Shown here: piece by piece, positions 41,925 through 52,694 of the stretch | Layout: each line of letters opens with the position of its first letter | Numbering within the stretch: the stretch's first letter is position 1 | DNA from: an uncultured Chthonomonadaceae bacterium | GTDB lineage: Bacteria > Armatimonadota > Chthonomonadetes > Chthonomonadales > Chthonomonadaceae | DNA length: 64,000 nucleotides | NCBI GenBank assembly: GCA_963817895.1 | Contig: CAWFQB010000012.1 | Location: 12,223-76,222 of the forward strand | Direction: 5' to 3' | Notes under the pieces: model-generated | Databases searched by the model: none | Told to the model about the DNA's origin: nothing | Seen by the model: the letters and a program-made list of their open reading frames with translations, nothing else | Position numbers and translations under genes: made by a program

Positions 41925-42260
41925 ATGCCGACAGACATTGAACCCTCCCCAACTGTTTCCTCCCCCGGCGTTAACAAACCCTTCGCGTATTTCCTTGCCG
42001 GATTGGCTGTGGGCGCTATCTGCGTTTTGCTGCCGTTTTTATGTATTCTGCCCCTTGCGCTGCATCAGGCGCGCGTCAGCGACGGTCTGCAACTTCAATT
42101 GAACCTGAAGGAGTCGGAACTCGCAAACTATAAGCAGCAACAGATGCAGCATCGCCCGCCTCCGCCGCCCGATTCTCGCTTTCCGCCTTCCGGCTATCCC
42201 CCGCCGCCCCCGCAAGGTTCACCCGAAGGGCCTTTCACTGCCGCGCCCGACATGCCTTGA
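41925..42260 (+). CDS. Pro-rich membrane hypothetical protein
   Basis: AGGAG RBS, TM segment, poly-Pro tail. Confidence 0.6.
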   Translation: MPTDIEPSPTVSSPGVNKPFAYFLAGLAVGAICVLLPFLCILPLALHQARVSDGLQLQLNLKESELANYKQQQMQHRPPPPPDSRFPPSGYPPPPPQGSPEGPFTAAPDMP

Positions 42261-42360
42261 AGACAAACCCAAAATCAAAGCAACCTTGTGAATCCAGAAC
42301 CGCCGGAAGCGCAACAAGGGAGCGGAGCCGGAAATCACCGGGCCGAGGAGAAACAAAGCC

Positions 42361-43161
42361 ATGAGTTTGTTGAGCGAGGCGCAAACGCAATTCTTCCAAA
42401 CCGAAGGGTATCTGGTGTTCGAGCGGTTCTTCGATGCGGACGAATGCGCCGCATTGAAAGCCGACATTGACGCGCTGATGGAGCCTTCACTCCCGAACAC
42501 GCCCCGACGCTATCCGGTTGAAATGCCCAAACTTGGCCTTCTTATCAGCCATCCCCGCGTGATGGACGTGGTGGCGGACGTGATGGGTGCCAGTTTCGCG
42601 TTTCACCATCTTCACGCGAGCCGGCAGGAAACCGGAACCCCCGGTGTCCATTGGCATCAGGATTACGAGCAGTTTCCGCAAACCAATCGTTCCCACGGCA
42701 TGGTTCACTTCTTCTACTATTTGAACGGCTTGAACGGCGCTATCGGCGACCTGTTGGCCCTGCCCCGCAGCCAGAATATGGTTGTCGGCAACGACGCCCT
42801 GCGCCTGCTTGGAGAAACTACGCTGCCGGGAGCGGTTGTGATAGATAATCTGCCGCCGGGTTCCGCCGTGCTGGTTCATTCCGCGCTCTGGCATGCCCGC
42901 CGCGCCAAACCGGGCGGCGAGGAGCATCCCCGTTACTTTGCCGATGCGTCCTATTGTCAGGCCGGTATCCGCTGGCCCTCCTACGGCAATCCCCGCTGGC
43001 GCGAAATTCTAGCCAAAGCCCGCGACCTCAATGTTGCCAACAACCCCGATTGCGCCCACCTGTTCGACGAATCCCACTTCTTCGACGAGATAAAAGCGCG
43101 AACGTTCATCAAATCCAAACCCGGCAGTCTGCTGCTGAATATGACGGATTGGAAAGAGTAG
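42361..43161 (+). CDS. Phytanoyl-CoA dioxygenase (PhyH) family protein
   Basis: FQTEGYLV, WHQD, distal LWH. Confidence 0.88.
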   Translation: MSLLSEAQTQFFQTEGYLVFERFFDADECAALKADIDALMEPSLPNTPRRYPVEMPKLGLLISHPRVMDVVADVMGASFAFHHLHASRQETGTPGVHWHQDYEQFPQTNRSHGMVHFFYYLNGLNGAIGDLLALPRSQNMVVGNDALRLLGETTLPGAVVIDNLPPGSAVLVHSALWHARRAKPGGEEHPRYFADASYCQAGIRWPSYGNPRWREILAKARDLNVANNPDCAHLFDESHFFDEIKARTFIKSKPGSLLLNMTDWKE

Positions 43162-43243
43162 CCTTTGCCGTTCCCACAGACTTGCGGACACTCTCGACTG
43201 CCGAACGCCTCTGTGGTATAATCTGTTGAGGAGGAACCATACC

Positions 43244-43522
43244 ATGCCCGTAGAGCGATTTGAAGCCCTGACCCTAGAAGAGTTCGACAAACGCCTTGAA
43301 GCCAGCAATGAACGCAAGCGTCTCGAAATCATTGAACTGGAAGAACGTCAACGGAAAAGGGAAGAGATTATCGCCCGCAAAGAAGCAATGCTGCAACGCC
43401 TCGAACAAACTCTTGCAGAAATTGAGCGGGAAGAAAATGAGATTGCGGCAATGGAAAAAGAACTGCCTCCGTTACGCCGCAAGGGTCGCCGTCGCCAACC
43501 TGCCTCTCCGATGCTGCAATGA
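43244..43522 (+). CDS. Small coiled-coil hypothetical protein
   Basis: GAGGAGG RBS, extended -10 TGGTATAAT upstream, ATGA overlap with HNH gene. Confidence 0.7.
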   Translation: MPVERFEALTLEEFDKRLEASNERKRLEIIELEERQRKREEIIARKEAMLQRLEQTLAEIEREENEIAAMEKELPPLRRKGRRRQPASPMLQ

Positions 43523-43800
43523 TCACGGCGCATCTGCGCCGCACTGTTCGCGCTCTCTATGCTTTCGCTTGCGGCTACTGCGGCGTTGCCGAAACCGAAG
43601 TCGGCTCCTCGCTCACCATATATCCTTATCAGCCGGAAGATGCGGGCGGTTCCGATGAGATTGACAATTTGGTGTATGCGTGTCATGCGTGCAATCTGCA
43701 CAAGTCTGCCGCGTGGAATCCTCAAATCCGCCCGTTCTCCACCCCCTCCAAACCGATTTGTCACTTCATATCGGTCCCCTCTCGGCTTCTCGCTCTGTCT
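43519..43800 (+). pseudogene. HNH endonuclease, degenerate
   Basis: CGYC..GGSDEIDNLVYACHACNLHK; expected catalytic DH reads YP; continuation PPVLHP lies in another frame; 3' end approximate. Confidence 0.7.
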
Positions 43801-44209
43801 GCCCTTCCCACGCTCACTACTGCTCAACTCCCAACACTCCAATCCCTGCGCCGAGCAAAGACACGGTTCCTTTCGATTCTGATGATAGCAACTACGACGG
43901 CTGGACGCTAAGGGGCAACTGTCGGAACACATAGCCAGAAAGAAAGTTGTTTATAACGAATATTTCATCTTAATTGCGCTGATACTGGCTTGTGGAGGCA
44001 AAAATAATTGTTGAAAAACTGGTATTTACTGCTAAAATAGAGGTGTAGAAAACGGTTAATCTGCATATACAGGCAAAGCGGACTGAGAGTACAGTTTATG
44101 CGCCTGCCAGTACTCCTTTCAAACGGCATTGTGGCCGTTGACATACCAACGCAGCCAGTGTCGGCGCGCGTTTGCCGCCGGATGCTGACGTACCGAACAC
44201 GAGCCTCCA

Positions 44210-45013
44210 ATGCACACACCTCATCGGCGCGGTTTTACCCTGATCGAACTCCTTGTCGTGATCGCCATTATCGCGATTCTTGCCGCCATTCTCTTTCCCG
44301 TATTCGCCAAAGCGCGCGAAAAAGCCCGCCAGACCTCCTGCACTTCCAATCTGAAGCAGATACTGCTCGGCTGGAGCATGTACGCGCAGGATTATGACGA
44401 GCGACTGCTGCCCTATTCGTTTCCCACCGATATCAACGGAACCTGTGACGGGTCTTCGTGCGGGCTGCCGGTTGCCTGGCCGCTGACGCTACAGCCGCAA
44501 ATTAAAAACACGGGTGTTTTTAAGTGTCCGAGCGACACGCATAGTATCAGCTACACCTACAACGCTGAAATTCCCCGCATCACCGGCAGTGGCGGAAATC
44601 GTCCGCTCGCGGGCGTTCAGGTTGTGGCGCAAACGCCGATCTTCATTGACGCCGCCGGTATCAACAACGTGGTATCGGGCGGAACCACCTACACGCAGGC
44701 GCTTGCCTTTTTCATTGACAAAGGCAACTTTACGCTGGGCGGGCGCAGGCTCAACAATCCCGCGAACTTGAACGCGACGCCGGGATGGACCAGCGGCGCG
44801 GGTGGCGGCTGCCCCAATTCCGGAGCGCCGGAAGCGCGTCCCGCCGCTGACCGCCACACAGATGGCGCGGTGTACGGCATGGTGGACGGACATGTGAAAT
44901 GGCTGCGCAACGCCACTTCGCCCGTTTGTACGCCGCTTGGGATTGTGCCTGCGCGCGATGGTCTGGATTATAACGGCGACGGCATTCTCGGAAATGCGTC
45001 TACCATTGATTGA
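44210..45013 (+). CDS. Prepilin-type N-terminal cleavage / DUF1559 (H-X9-DG) protein
   Basis: [56 protein letters not shown]. Confidence 0.93.
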   Translation: MHTPHRRGFTLIELLVVIAIIAILAAILFPVFAKAREKARQTSCTSNLKQILLGWSMYAQDYDERLLPYSFPTDINGTCDGSSCGLPVAWPLTLQPQIKNTGVFKCPSDTHSISYTYNAEIPRITGSGGNRPLAGVQVVAQTPIFIDAAGINNVVSGGTTYTQALAFFIDKGNFTLGGRRLNNPANLNATPGWTSGAGGGCPNSGAPEARPAADRHTDGAVYGMVDGHVKWLRNATSPVCTPLGIVPARDGLDYNGDGILGNASTID

Positions 45014-45139
45014 TACCCTGACTGATGCCACTATATGATTTTGGAAGGATTTCTGTACGCCGGGGCGGGCGCTTGCCGCAGGACGCTCTGCCTTTGCGCC
45101 GCCCCGTCGCGTCCTTTTACGAGTTTACGAGGAGTGAAA

Positions 45140-45951
45140 ATGCTATCAAGAAAGCCTCGCGGGTTCACGCTTATTGAACTGCTCGTCGTGATCGCCATTA
45201 TCGCGATTCTCGCGGCGATTCTGTTCCCGGTATTTGCCCAGGCGCGGGAAAAGGCGCGCGCCACCTCGTGCCTGAGCAACGCCAAACAAATGGGACTGGC
45301 CCTGAACATGTACCTGCAAGATTACGATGAGCGCTTTGTCGCTACCCGCTGGTCGATCCCACCGATGCCTGCGGCGTGGGCGGAAGCGCCGTCAACGGTT
45401 CGCAGTGGAACATGATTATACAGCCGTACATCAAGAACACGCAAATATTCCAGTGTCCCTCCGACAGCACGGCGCCGGGAACCGGCGTGTCGCAATCGCG
45501 TAAGCGCAGTTACATTCTGACATCGGGGCCGCGTGACCGGCTGGATGCGGACTGCTCCGCGCCGGGGGGCATTTCGCACACGGACTGGGGCGCGTCCATT
45601 GCGGAAATCCCGACTCCGGCCAGCATGGTCGCCTGCTATGAGCGGTGGGAAACCGGCAGCAATATTGACAATCCGTTTTCGGTGCATCAGGACTTATCGG
45701 GTACGCAGGACTGGTGTACCTACCCGGACCCGACGGGAAGCACCTGGCTGCAATACCCCCGCAAATCGCACTGGTTCGATTCCAGCCCCAACTTCGATCC
45801 GCAACACCAGATGCGCGCCACACTGCTGTTCGCCGACGGCCATGCCAAGCAACTGCTTTACAATCAGACCTGGTCGTCGAGTGGCGGGCCGGAATGTACC
45901 GGCAGCGGCCCCACAACCTGGAGCATGTTCGACAAACGGAAGAACTTCTAA
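45140..45951 (+). CDS. Prepilin-type / DUF1559 protein, frameshift near 45340
   Basis: GFTLIELL N-terminus; second frame has [15 protein letters not shown] and [15 protein letters not shown]. Confidence 0.88.
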
Positions 45952-45961
45952 GGAGACATTC

Positions 45962-46549
45962 ATGTCCAAAAATGTCCATATCGGGCGCGGGGAAGCCGGT
46001 TCCGATGGGGCGAAAGCAACGCCTCCGAAACCTGCCGCGTCCGCAGCCGCGCCCCGGCAACTCCCGCTTGCCAACGTGCCGCGCCCCGCGCTTATCGGGG
46101 GCGGCGTCGCGTTGCTCGTAATTATCCTTGCCGGGTTGTGGTTCATGTTCGGCGTGGGGCCGGAAAACTCGGCCTCGTTCGCCGCTTCAGCAGGCAAGGA
46201 GGCTCCCGCGTCCCCTGCCAGAACCGCCGCTACAGGGGGAACTGCTGCGGCAACCGACACAGGCGCAGGCGGCAATACATCTGCCTCGCCGTCCGCTCCG
46301 CCCACGCCCGTAACCAACGCGCCAACCGCTTCCAGCGCGTCGAGCGGTTCGGCGGGAATGTCCGCAGTTCCTTCTCCCGCGCCTGCCGACGCGGGTTCTG
46401 CTGCCGGAGTGCCTGCGGCAGCGGGAACGACGCCTGTAGAAGTGGAGGGTTCTCCCCCCGCAAACAGCCATGCGGGTGACGGTTCCACCTGGAAGGCAGG
46501 CGACGCCGCAGGCAAAGTTTACCGGCACGGCCCCGCTTCCGATCCGTAA
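45962..46549 (+). CDS. Single-TM Ala/Pro/Ser-rich hypothetical protein
   Basis: AAGGAG RBS right after the DUF1559 stop; TM then low-complexity region. Confidence 0.7.
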   Translation: MSKNVHIGRGEAGSDGAKATPPKPAASAAAPRQLPLANVPRPALIGGGVALLVIILAGLWFMFGVGPENSASFAASAGKEAPASPARTAATGGTAAATDTGAGGNTSASPSAPPTPVTNAPTASSASSGSAGMSAVPSPAPADAGSAAGVPAAAGTTPVEVEGSPPANSHAGDGSTWKAGDAAGKVYRHGPASDP

Positions 46550-46769
46550 CGCGGCGGTATCGCCTTGTCCTATATTCTGCTCATCCAGCCGCGTTGAGTT
46601 GGAAACGCATCGAAATAGGGAGGAAGAATCAGGCTTTCGGTCATACTCTAAAAGACCCGGAGGCTTGCGCTTCCTCCCTTCGTAATGAACGATTTGAAAG
46701 TCTTCATGCTCTATTGCCCTCTTTTGACGTATAATAGACGACTTCTTATGCGCAAGAAAGGAAAGAGAA

Positions 46770-47081
46770 ATGAGTTTGACGCTGACACGCGAACAGGAAG
46801 CAAGATTGCAGCGCAAGGCGGCGCGAATGGGAAAGCCTGCCGAAGTGGTTCTGGATGAACTTTTGGAAGAACAGGAGCCTCAATCTTTTACCGCCCGCCA
46901 GCTTCTCGCCTTACCGAAAGCCGAGCGAACTCGTATCCTTCAGGCACAGGCGGAGCGAGCGGCGTTGGAATACGAAGCGGACCTTGCCCGTCCGGCAGAG
47001 GAACGCGAACTAACCGCGTTTACCGCTCTGGATGGCGAAACATTTAACGACTACCCCGCAGAGGAGACGGCTCATGACTGA
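46770..47081 (+). CDS. Antitoxin-like small protein
   Basis: MSLTLTREQEARLQRKA.. ribbon-helix-helix-like start; acidic tail. Confidence 0.6.
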   Translation: MSLTLTREQEARLQRKAARMGKPAEVVLDELLEEQEPQSFTARQLLALPKAERTRILQAQAERAALEYEADLARPAEERELTAFTALDGETFNDYPAEETAHD

Positions 47082-47110
47082 GACGCCGCAGCAGGTGAAG
47101 TTTCCTGAAA

Positions 47111-48109
47111 GTGAATAATCAAGCCATGCGACGTATTTTAGTAACGGGGGCTGCGGGGAAAGTCGGACAGGCGTTTATCAATCGCTTTTTGTCAGAACGG
47201 CAAGACACGCCGACTGTTGTACGCGCTTTGTGCCATAACCGCAAACTGCCGGAGCGCGAGGGGCTAGAAGTGGTTACGGGCGATATGTCGGTTCAGGCGG
47301 ATGTGCAGGCGGCAATGGCAGACGTGACGCATGTGCTGCATCTGGCGACCTGCAAAGAGACGCCGGACGCCGTAATGGATGTGGCGGTGAAGGGGCTGTT
47401 CTGGCTGCTGGAAGCGTGCCGCCAATCGCCAACGTTTTCGCAATTCGTGCTGCTCGGCGGCGACGCGGGGATGGGACACTTCTTCTACCGCTTTCCCACG
47501 CCAATTGTGGAAACGCAAAAACACTCGGCGTATCCCGGCTGCTACGCCCTCTCGAAAGTGCTGGAAGAGGTAATGCTGGAGCAATATTATATCCAGTACG
47601 GCTTGAACGGCTGCTGTCTGCGCGCCCCCTGGATCATGGAAAAGGACGATTTCAAGGTCACGCTGTCGTTCGGGGATGATATATTCGGTGGGCCGCGCTG
47701 GAAGGATTTAGTAGCGCCGGAACAAGCGGCAGAGTATGCGCGAACCCAAACCGTTCCCGTGATGCTGGACGCGGACGGCGAACCGATACAGCGCAATTTT
47801 GTTCATCTCGACGATCTTATCACAGCGATTATAGCCGCGCTCGACCATCCCCGCGCCCGACAGCAAACGTTCAACATCTGCATGGATGAACCTGTCCAGT
47901 ACCGTAAAGTGGCGGAGTATCTGCATCAAACGCGCGGCCTGCCGTCCGTAGACATTCCCACGCAGTTTCAATCCACCTGGCTGGACAACACAAAAGCGAA
48001 GTTCCTGCTCGGCTGGCGTCCTCTCGTGGATTTACCCGCGTTGATTAACCTCGCCTGGAATTATCAGCGCGGCGCGAACGATCCACGCATCATCTATTAT
48101 CCGGGGTGA
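47111..48109 (+). CDS. NAD-dependent epimerase/dehydratase family protein
   Basis: ILVTGAAGKVG, YALSK, NFVHLDD. Confidence 0.9.
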   Translation: MNNQAMRRILVTGAAGKVGQAFINRFLSERQDTPTVVRALCHNRKLPEREGLEVVTGDMSVQADVQAAMADVTHVLHLATCKETPDAVMDVAVKGLFWLLEACRQSPTFSQFVLLGGDAGMGHFFYRFPTPIVETQKHSAYPGCYALSKVLEEVMLEQYYIQYGLNGCCLRAPWIMEKDDFKVTLSFGDDIFGGPRWKDLVAPEQAAEYARTQTVPVMLDADGEPIQRNFVHLDDLITAIIAALDHPRARQQTFNICMDEPVQYRKVAEYLHQTRGLPSVDIPTQFQSTWLDNTKAKFLLGWRPLVDLPALINLAWNYQRGANDPRIIYYPG

Positions 48110-48142
48110 GGCGAAGGCGCAGGGATGAATAAGTCTGGCTAA

Positions 48143-48244
48143 GAGCCTATCCCAACAGTCGATTGCATTTGCGTCCGAAGGACGCTTGGCCGCAGGCCAC
48201 TCAGACGGGTACGTTCTCTGTACCCGGCCTGGTGGGATAGGCTC
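48143..48244. mobile_element. MITE-like element, possibly IS5-family derived
   Basis: Terminal inverted repeats GAGCCTATCCCA / TGGGATAGGCTC with TAA on both flanks (possible 3-bp target duplication); no ORF. Confidence 0.65.
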
Positions 48245-49191
48245 TAAGTTGTCGCTTGTCCATGAAACACCAGTGTGTGTCTATCTATAGGGATGCGCAA
48301 TCCCCGTAGAAATCCTGATAGAAAATAAAAAAGCCGCTTGACACCCCGCAACCGCCGGACGCGCAAGCAGTCTTGAAGCGTAAGAACCGCATGCCAGCGC
48401 ATTCGACCCAACGGAGCCAGTCTCATGCCGGGCGCGCCACTACGGAAGTGCTTGGAGCAAGCGGCGCCCAGAGCCGTGTAATCGCGCTGGGATAGGTCTT
48501 TGCCCTGCTCCCAGGTGCGATACCCATAGTGCAAAACGTGCGCTCTCGACGCGAGATAGACGGAATAGCCTTTCAAAAGCGCGCGAACCGCGATGTCTGT
48601 GTCATCGGCGGAAGGGAACAGCGCTCCCGGCCCAAGCATCGAATCGAAGCCGCCAATATCTTGTATGCACGAACGCCGCACTGCCATTCCCGCGCCGATC
48701 CCTCCAACCCCAACGCCGATTCTGCCATGCTTCTCCGGGGTTAGCGTCTGATCCTGCTCAATGGGATACTCGTGAATGAACCCATTCGTCTTGTCATAGG
48801 GAGCGGCGTAGACGCTGCAATAAACGACGCCGATTGCCGTGTTGGTAGAAAAAACAGTTTCTATCTGACGTAGCCAGTCGGGGTAAACCTCGCAGTCATC
48901 GTCCGTGATTGCCACGATCTCACTTTGCGTTTCCGCAATCGCTAAATTATGCGCTTTGCCCAATCCCTTGCTTGCCGTATGAATATAGCGCAGACGCGAC
49001 TCGGATTGCAGGGGCAGCAACGCCTGTTTTGTTTCGTCATTGTCGCTTTGATCAATGACGACGCACTCGAAATCGGGATGTGTGTTCGCGAGAATGCTAT
49101 GGACGGCCATGAGTAACGTGTCGCCCCGGTTAGCCGTACAGATGATCGCGCTGATTCGGGGGTGTTTCGCTTCGGTAGAATTATAGTTCAA
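48244..49191 (-). CDS. Glycosyltransferase family 2
   Basis: ISAIICTANR, VIDQS, ITDDDC, GGFD, DTD. Confidence 0.92.
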   Translation of the reverse strand: MNYNSTEAKHPRISAIICTANRGDTLLMAVHSILANTHPDFECVVIDQSDNDETKQALLPLQSESRLRYIHTASKGLGKAHNLAIAETQSEIVAITDDDCEVYPDWLRQIETVFSTNTAIGVVYCSVYAAPYDKTNGFIHEYPIEQDQTLTPEKHGRIGVGVGGIGAGMAVRRSCIQDIGGFDSMLGPGALFPSADDTDIAVRALLKGYSVYLASRAHVLHYGYRTWEQGKDLSQRDYTALGAACSKHFRSGAPGMRLAPLGRMRWHAVLTLQDCLRVRRLRGVKRLFYFLSGFLRGLRIPIDRHTLVFHGQATT

Positions 49192-49322
49192 GTGAAACCC
49201 TCCTGTATAATCCTGTCGCGGGAACCTGCCTGGCAGATCAATAATTTCGGGCGAACGCTCTATTATAGCCGGATGCGGCAGACTTGTAAAGAGTTCTTAA
49301 TATAGTTTAGGAGCAAGTAAAG

Positions 49323-50819
49323 ATGATGGCAGATTTTATACTCGCGTTGGATCAGGGAACGACGAGTTCGCGTGCGATTCTGTTTGACCAATCCGGGCGT
49401 GTCTGCGGCGTGGAGCAGCAGGAGTACGCGCAGCGCTACCCGCATCCGGGATGGGTGGAACACGCGCCTGAAGACATCTGGACTTCGCAGGCGGGCGTTG
49501 TCGCCAAACTTTTGCGGGAACAGAATGTCACGGGAGCGGACATAGCCGCCGCAGGCATCACCAATCAGCGCGAAACCACCATTCTATGGGAACGCGCGAC
49601 GGGACGCCCGGTTGCCAACGCCATTGTGTGGCAGGATCGGCGAACTCAGCCTCTGTGCGAACGTCTGCGCGCGGAGGGACTGGAACCGCTGTTTCGCGCC
49701 CGAACCGGCCTGCCGCTCGACCCCTATTTTTCCGGCACAAAAATAAATTGGCTGCTGGACAACACGCCCGGACTGCGAACGCGGGCGGAACGGGGCGAAA
49801 TCGCGTTCGGAACCGTAGATACGTTTCTCCTCTGGCGGCTGACAAAAGGCGCGGTTCACGCGACTGATGTTTCCAACGCTTCCCGCACCCTGCTGTTCAA
49901 TATTCTCACGGGCGAATGGGACGCGGAACTACTCCAACTTTTGAATATCCCCCGCGAATTACTGCCCGAAGTGAAGCCGAGCAGCCACATCTACGGTGAA
50001 ACCGCAACCGAACTATTGGGCCGCGCCATTCCCATATCCGGCATTGCGGGCGATCAGCAGGCCGCCACATTCGGGCAAGCCTGCCACCAACAGGGCATGG
50101 TAAAAAACACGTACGGAACCGGCTCCTTCCTTCTGATGAACACCGGCAATCAACCGCAATTCTCCCAACACGGCCTGCTGACAACAGTAGCATGGCAACT
50201 GCCAACCACCAATCACCAATCACCAATCACCTACGCATTAGAGGGCAGCATTTTCGTGACCGGGGCGGCAGTGCAGTGGCTGCGGGATGAGTTGCAGATT
50301 ATTCGTTCGGCATCGGAGATAGAAGGGTTGGCGACTTCGGTTCCCGACAGTGGGGGCGTGACGTTTGTGCCGGCGTTTGTCGGGTTGGGAGCGCCGTACT
50401 GGGACGCGGGCGCGAGGGGCGCGATTGTCGGACTGACGCGCGGGACGGGAAGGGCGCACCTGGCGCGGGCGGCTCTGGAAGCGGTCTGCTTTCAAACCCG
50501 CGACGTGCTGGAAGCCATGCGGCAGGACAGCGGTTTGAATATTCCCGAACTGCGCGTGGATGGCGGCATGACTGTCAACGATACCCTGATGCAGATGCAG
50601 GCGGATTTACTGGGGACAACGGTTGTGCGCCCCGCCGTCACGGAAACAACGGCTCTGGGCGCAGCGTATCTTGCGGGGTTGGCGGTCGGTTTCTGGCAAA
50701 CAGCGGAAGAGATTGCCGCGCAGTGGGCTGTAGACAGAACCTTCACGCCGCAAATGAGCATGGACGAGCGCGAAACGCTGTACACAGGCTGGAAGCAGGC
50801 GGTCACGCGAGTGCGTTGA
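49323..50819 (+). CDS. glpK: Glycerol kinase
   Basis: [52 protein letters not shown]. Confidence 0.97.
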   Translation: MMADFILALDQGTTSSRAILFDQSGRVCGVEQQEYAQRYPHPGWVEHAPEDIWTSQAGVVAKLLREQNVTGADIAAAGITNQRETTILWERATGRPVANAIVWQDRRTQPLCERLRAEGLEPLFRARTGLPLDPYFSGTKINWLLDNTPGLRTRAERGEIAFGTVDTFLLWRLTKGAVHATDVSNASRTLLFNILTGEWDAELLQLLNIPRELLPEVKPSSHIYGETATELLGRAIPISGIAGDQQAATFGQACHQQGMVKNTYGTGSFLLMNTGNQPQFSQHGLLTTVAWQLPTTNHQSPITYALEGSIFVTGAAVQWLRDELQIIRSASEIEGLATSVPDSGGVTFVPAFVGLGAPYWDAGARGAIVGLTRGTGRAHLARAALEAVCFQTRDVLEAMRQDSGLNIPELRVDGGMTVNDTLMQMQADLLGTTVVRPAVTETTALGAAYLAGLAVGFWQTAEEIAAQWAVDRTFTPQMSMDERETLYTGWKQAVTRVR

Positions 50820-50821
50820 GA

Positions 50822-50965
50822 AGAAGATTTAGCCGCGAATGAACGCGAATGAACGCGAATATAATTCAAAATAGACAGGATTAACAGGTTTTTCAGGATT
50901 TGACAGGATTATCGTAGTGCAATCTTGCTCTATTTCATTCGCGTTCATTCGCGGCTAAATCTTCT
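50822..50965. repeat. Nested inverted repeat composite between convergent genes
   Basis: 32-bp perfect arms built from GAACGCGAAT decamers, enclosing ACAGGATT repeats; solo arms near 8798, 27950 and 32107. Confidence 0.85.
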
Positions 50966-50968
50966 GCG

Positions 50969-52204
50969 TTATGGTGTGGCGGGCAGGTTTTCGTACCATT
51001 TTATGATGTTGCTGCCGCAGCAGATGATGTCGGGGCGTTTGTCGCCGTTGATGTCGGCGATTACCAGACCGGAACCGCCCATGCCGCCCACGTCGAGGGT
51101 GAAGCGTTCCCATTTCGCGCCCTCGGCGTCCACGCAACGGTAGCCATACAGGTTGTGTGTTCCGCCGCGATAACCGGCGATGATTTCGCTTTGCCCGTCG
51201 CCGTCTAGATCAACGCAGCCCAGAGCGTGGCCGTCTTCCAGCGTGGTGTCAATGACATGCCGCTGCCACAAGCCTTTGCCATTCGAGGGTAGGGTATAAA
51301 CCACAACCTCATTGCCGTGCCAGGGTTCTATCGTTGCCAGAAACGGGCGCTTGCCTTTCAGCCAGCCCCGGTCTATCTCGCTGCTGCCCCGTTTGGGCGG
51401 CATGTTTTGTTCCCCGCTTGCCAGCAGGGTTTTGCGCCAGGTTCGATTTGCGCCCTTGCCCTCCGGCGCAAACCATGTCACGCCCTCATAACTGGCAACC
51501 AGCAGGTCGTCGCGTCCATCGCCGTCGAAGTCCAGAATCCTCATGCCGTGCGCGACTGTCAGGGAGCGGTCTATGGTATAGGTTCGCGCTTTGCCGTTCG
51601 CGAACGCATAGCCCGTGATGGCAACCGGAAGGGCATAATTTGGCGGCGTCGCGCCCTCGCCTAAAATTGGAACGACCACGAGTTCTTTCTTGCCGTTGCC
51701 GTCCCAATCCGCCCATCGCAGGCGGTGCGCGGTGGGAATGTTGGCAAAATCGTGTCCCGTCCATTCCTCGTTTGCGTTTATGGGTTGCGCAAACCATTGC
51801 AAACGTCCGCCCTGCCGCGTGTTGTTCAGGTCGAACGCGCTGGCAACCGCCAGTTCCAGTTTGCCGTCGCCATTCAGATCATACGCGGCAAGGTCAATGT
51901 TGCCCCGCGTAGCCGTTGTAATGACATGCTTCTGCCACGTCGGATTTTCGTACCACGCGATCTCGTTTTTACCGCTCGACAATCCGAGAACATCCGGCTT
52001 GCCGTCGCCGTTTATGTCCGCAACCGCGCACTGATATACGCCGGGAAGTGTGGCGATAAGATGTTCGCGGAAACGAACGGGCGCAGCAGTTTCAGGTTTC
52101 TTCCCGGCTATCGTTGCCGTTCCCATTGCCGCCCAAAGCAACGCGAACAGGCTCAGGGTTCTGCGCTTCCCGTTCAACACAGGTTTGTTCGGTAGTTTAT
52201 TCAT
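50969..52204 (-). CDS. FG-GAP/VCBS repeat secreted protein
   Basis: Repeated D(I/L/F)xGDGxxD motifs; signal peptide. Confidence 0.88.
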   Translation of the reverse strand: MNKLPNKPVLNGKRRTLSLFALLWAAMGTATIAGKKPETAAPVRFREHLIATLPGVYQCAVADINGDGKPDVLGLSSGKNEIAWYENPTWQKHVITTATRGNIDLAAYDLNGDGKLELAVASAFDLNNTRQGGRLQWFAQPINANEEWTGHDFANIPTAHRLRWADWDGNGKKELVVVPILGEGATPPNYALPVAITGYAFANGKARTYTIDRSLTVAHGMRILDFDGDGRDDLLVASYEGVTWFAPEGKGANRTWRKTLLASGEQNMPPKRGSSEIDRGWLKGKRPFLATIEPWHGNEVVVYTLPSNGKGLWQRHVIDTTLEDGHALGCVDLDGDGQSEIIAGYRGGTHNLYGYRCVDAEGAKWERFTLDVGGMGGSGLVIADINGDKRPDIICCGSNIIKWYENLPATP

Positions 52205-52661
52205 GGGGGATGAGATGAGTCATTTGTGAAGCCACTGTCCACCAGCGTTCGTCACGGCGAACAAAAGTATCCGTGAAGCGCAGACTTGTTTTCGTCTCTT
52301 CGTTGTCGGCTTTCACGGTTCCATCCCACTGTCCTGTGATAATGCCCGTATCTCCGTAAACATGTACGGCAAGGTCGCTCAGGGTATAAGATACCACTTT
52401 GAAGCCACTGTCCATACTCTTAATGAACTGCGCTTTGGTCGTCAACTTGCCGTTGTCGTCTGTGAACACAAAATCCTCGGCGCACAGGGCTGCCAGCGTG
52501 TTTTTATCGCGCGCTTTAAAAGCCTCGTTCAAGTCCCGCTCCACTTTCAGCAATTGCGCGGTTACGTCCGGTTTATGGTCGGCTTTGAGCGCGGGAGTAT
52601 CGGCGGCTATCGTAAGCGTAGACAGGCAGCCGAACAGAATGACAGCGATTACCGTTTTCAC
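52197..52661 (-). CDS. NTF2-like DUF4440 secreted protein
   Basis: Signal peptide; VHVYGDTGI, RFTDTFVRR..W. Confidence 0.85.
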   Translation of the reverse strand: MKTVIAVILFGCLSTLTIAADTPALKADHKPDVTAQLLKVERDLNEAFKARDKNTLAALCAEDFVFTDDNGKLTTKAQFIKSMDSGFKVVSYTLSDLAVHVYGDTGIITGQWDGTVKADNEETKTSLRFTDTFVRRDERWWTVASQMTHLIPHE

Positions 52662-52694
52662 AGCATTAAATTCCTTTCTGGAAAAGTTCCACTC

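Noticed and set aside
44060..44200. c-di-GMP riboswitch upstream of the DUF1559 genes
   Set aside because: Only a GGCAAA word matches; the second GCAAA stem and tetraloop-receptor pattern are not evident
17283..50965. Repeat arrays as CRISPR
   Set aside because: Units are 7-10 nt, contiguous or inverted, with no unique spacers and no cas genes
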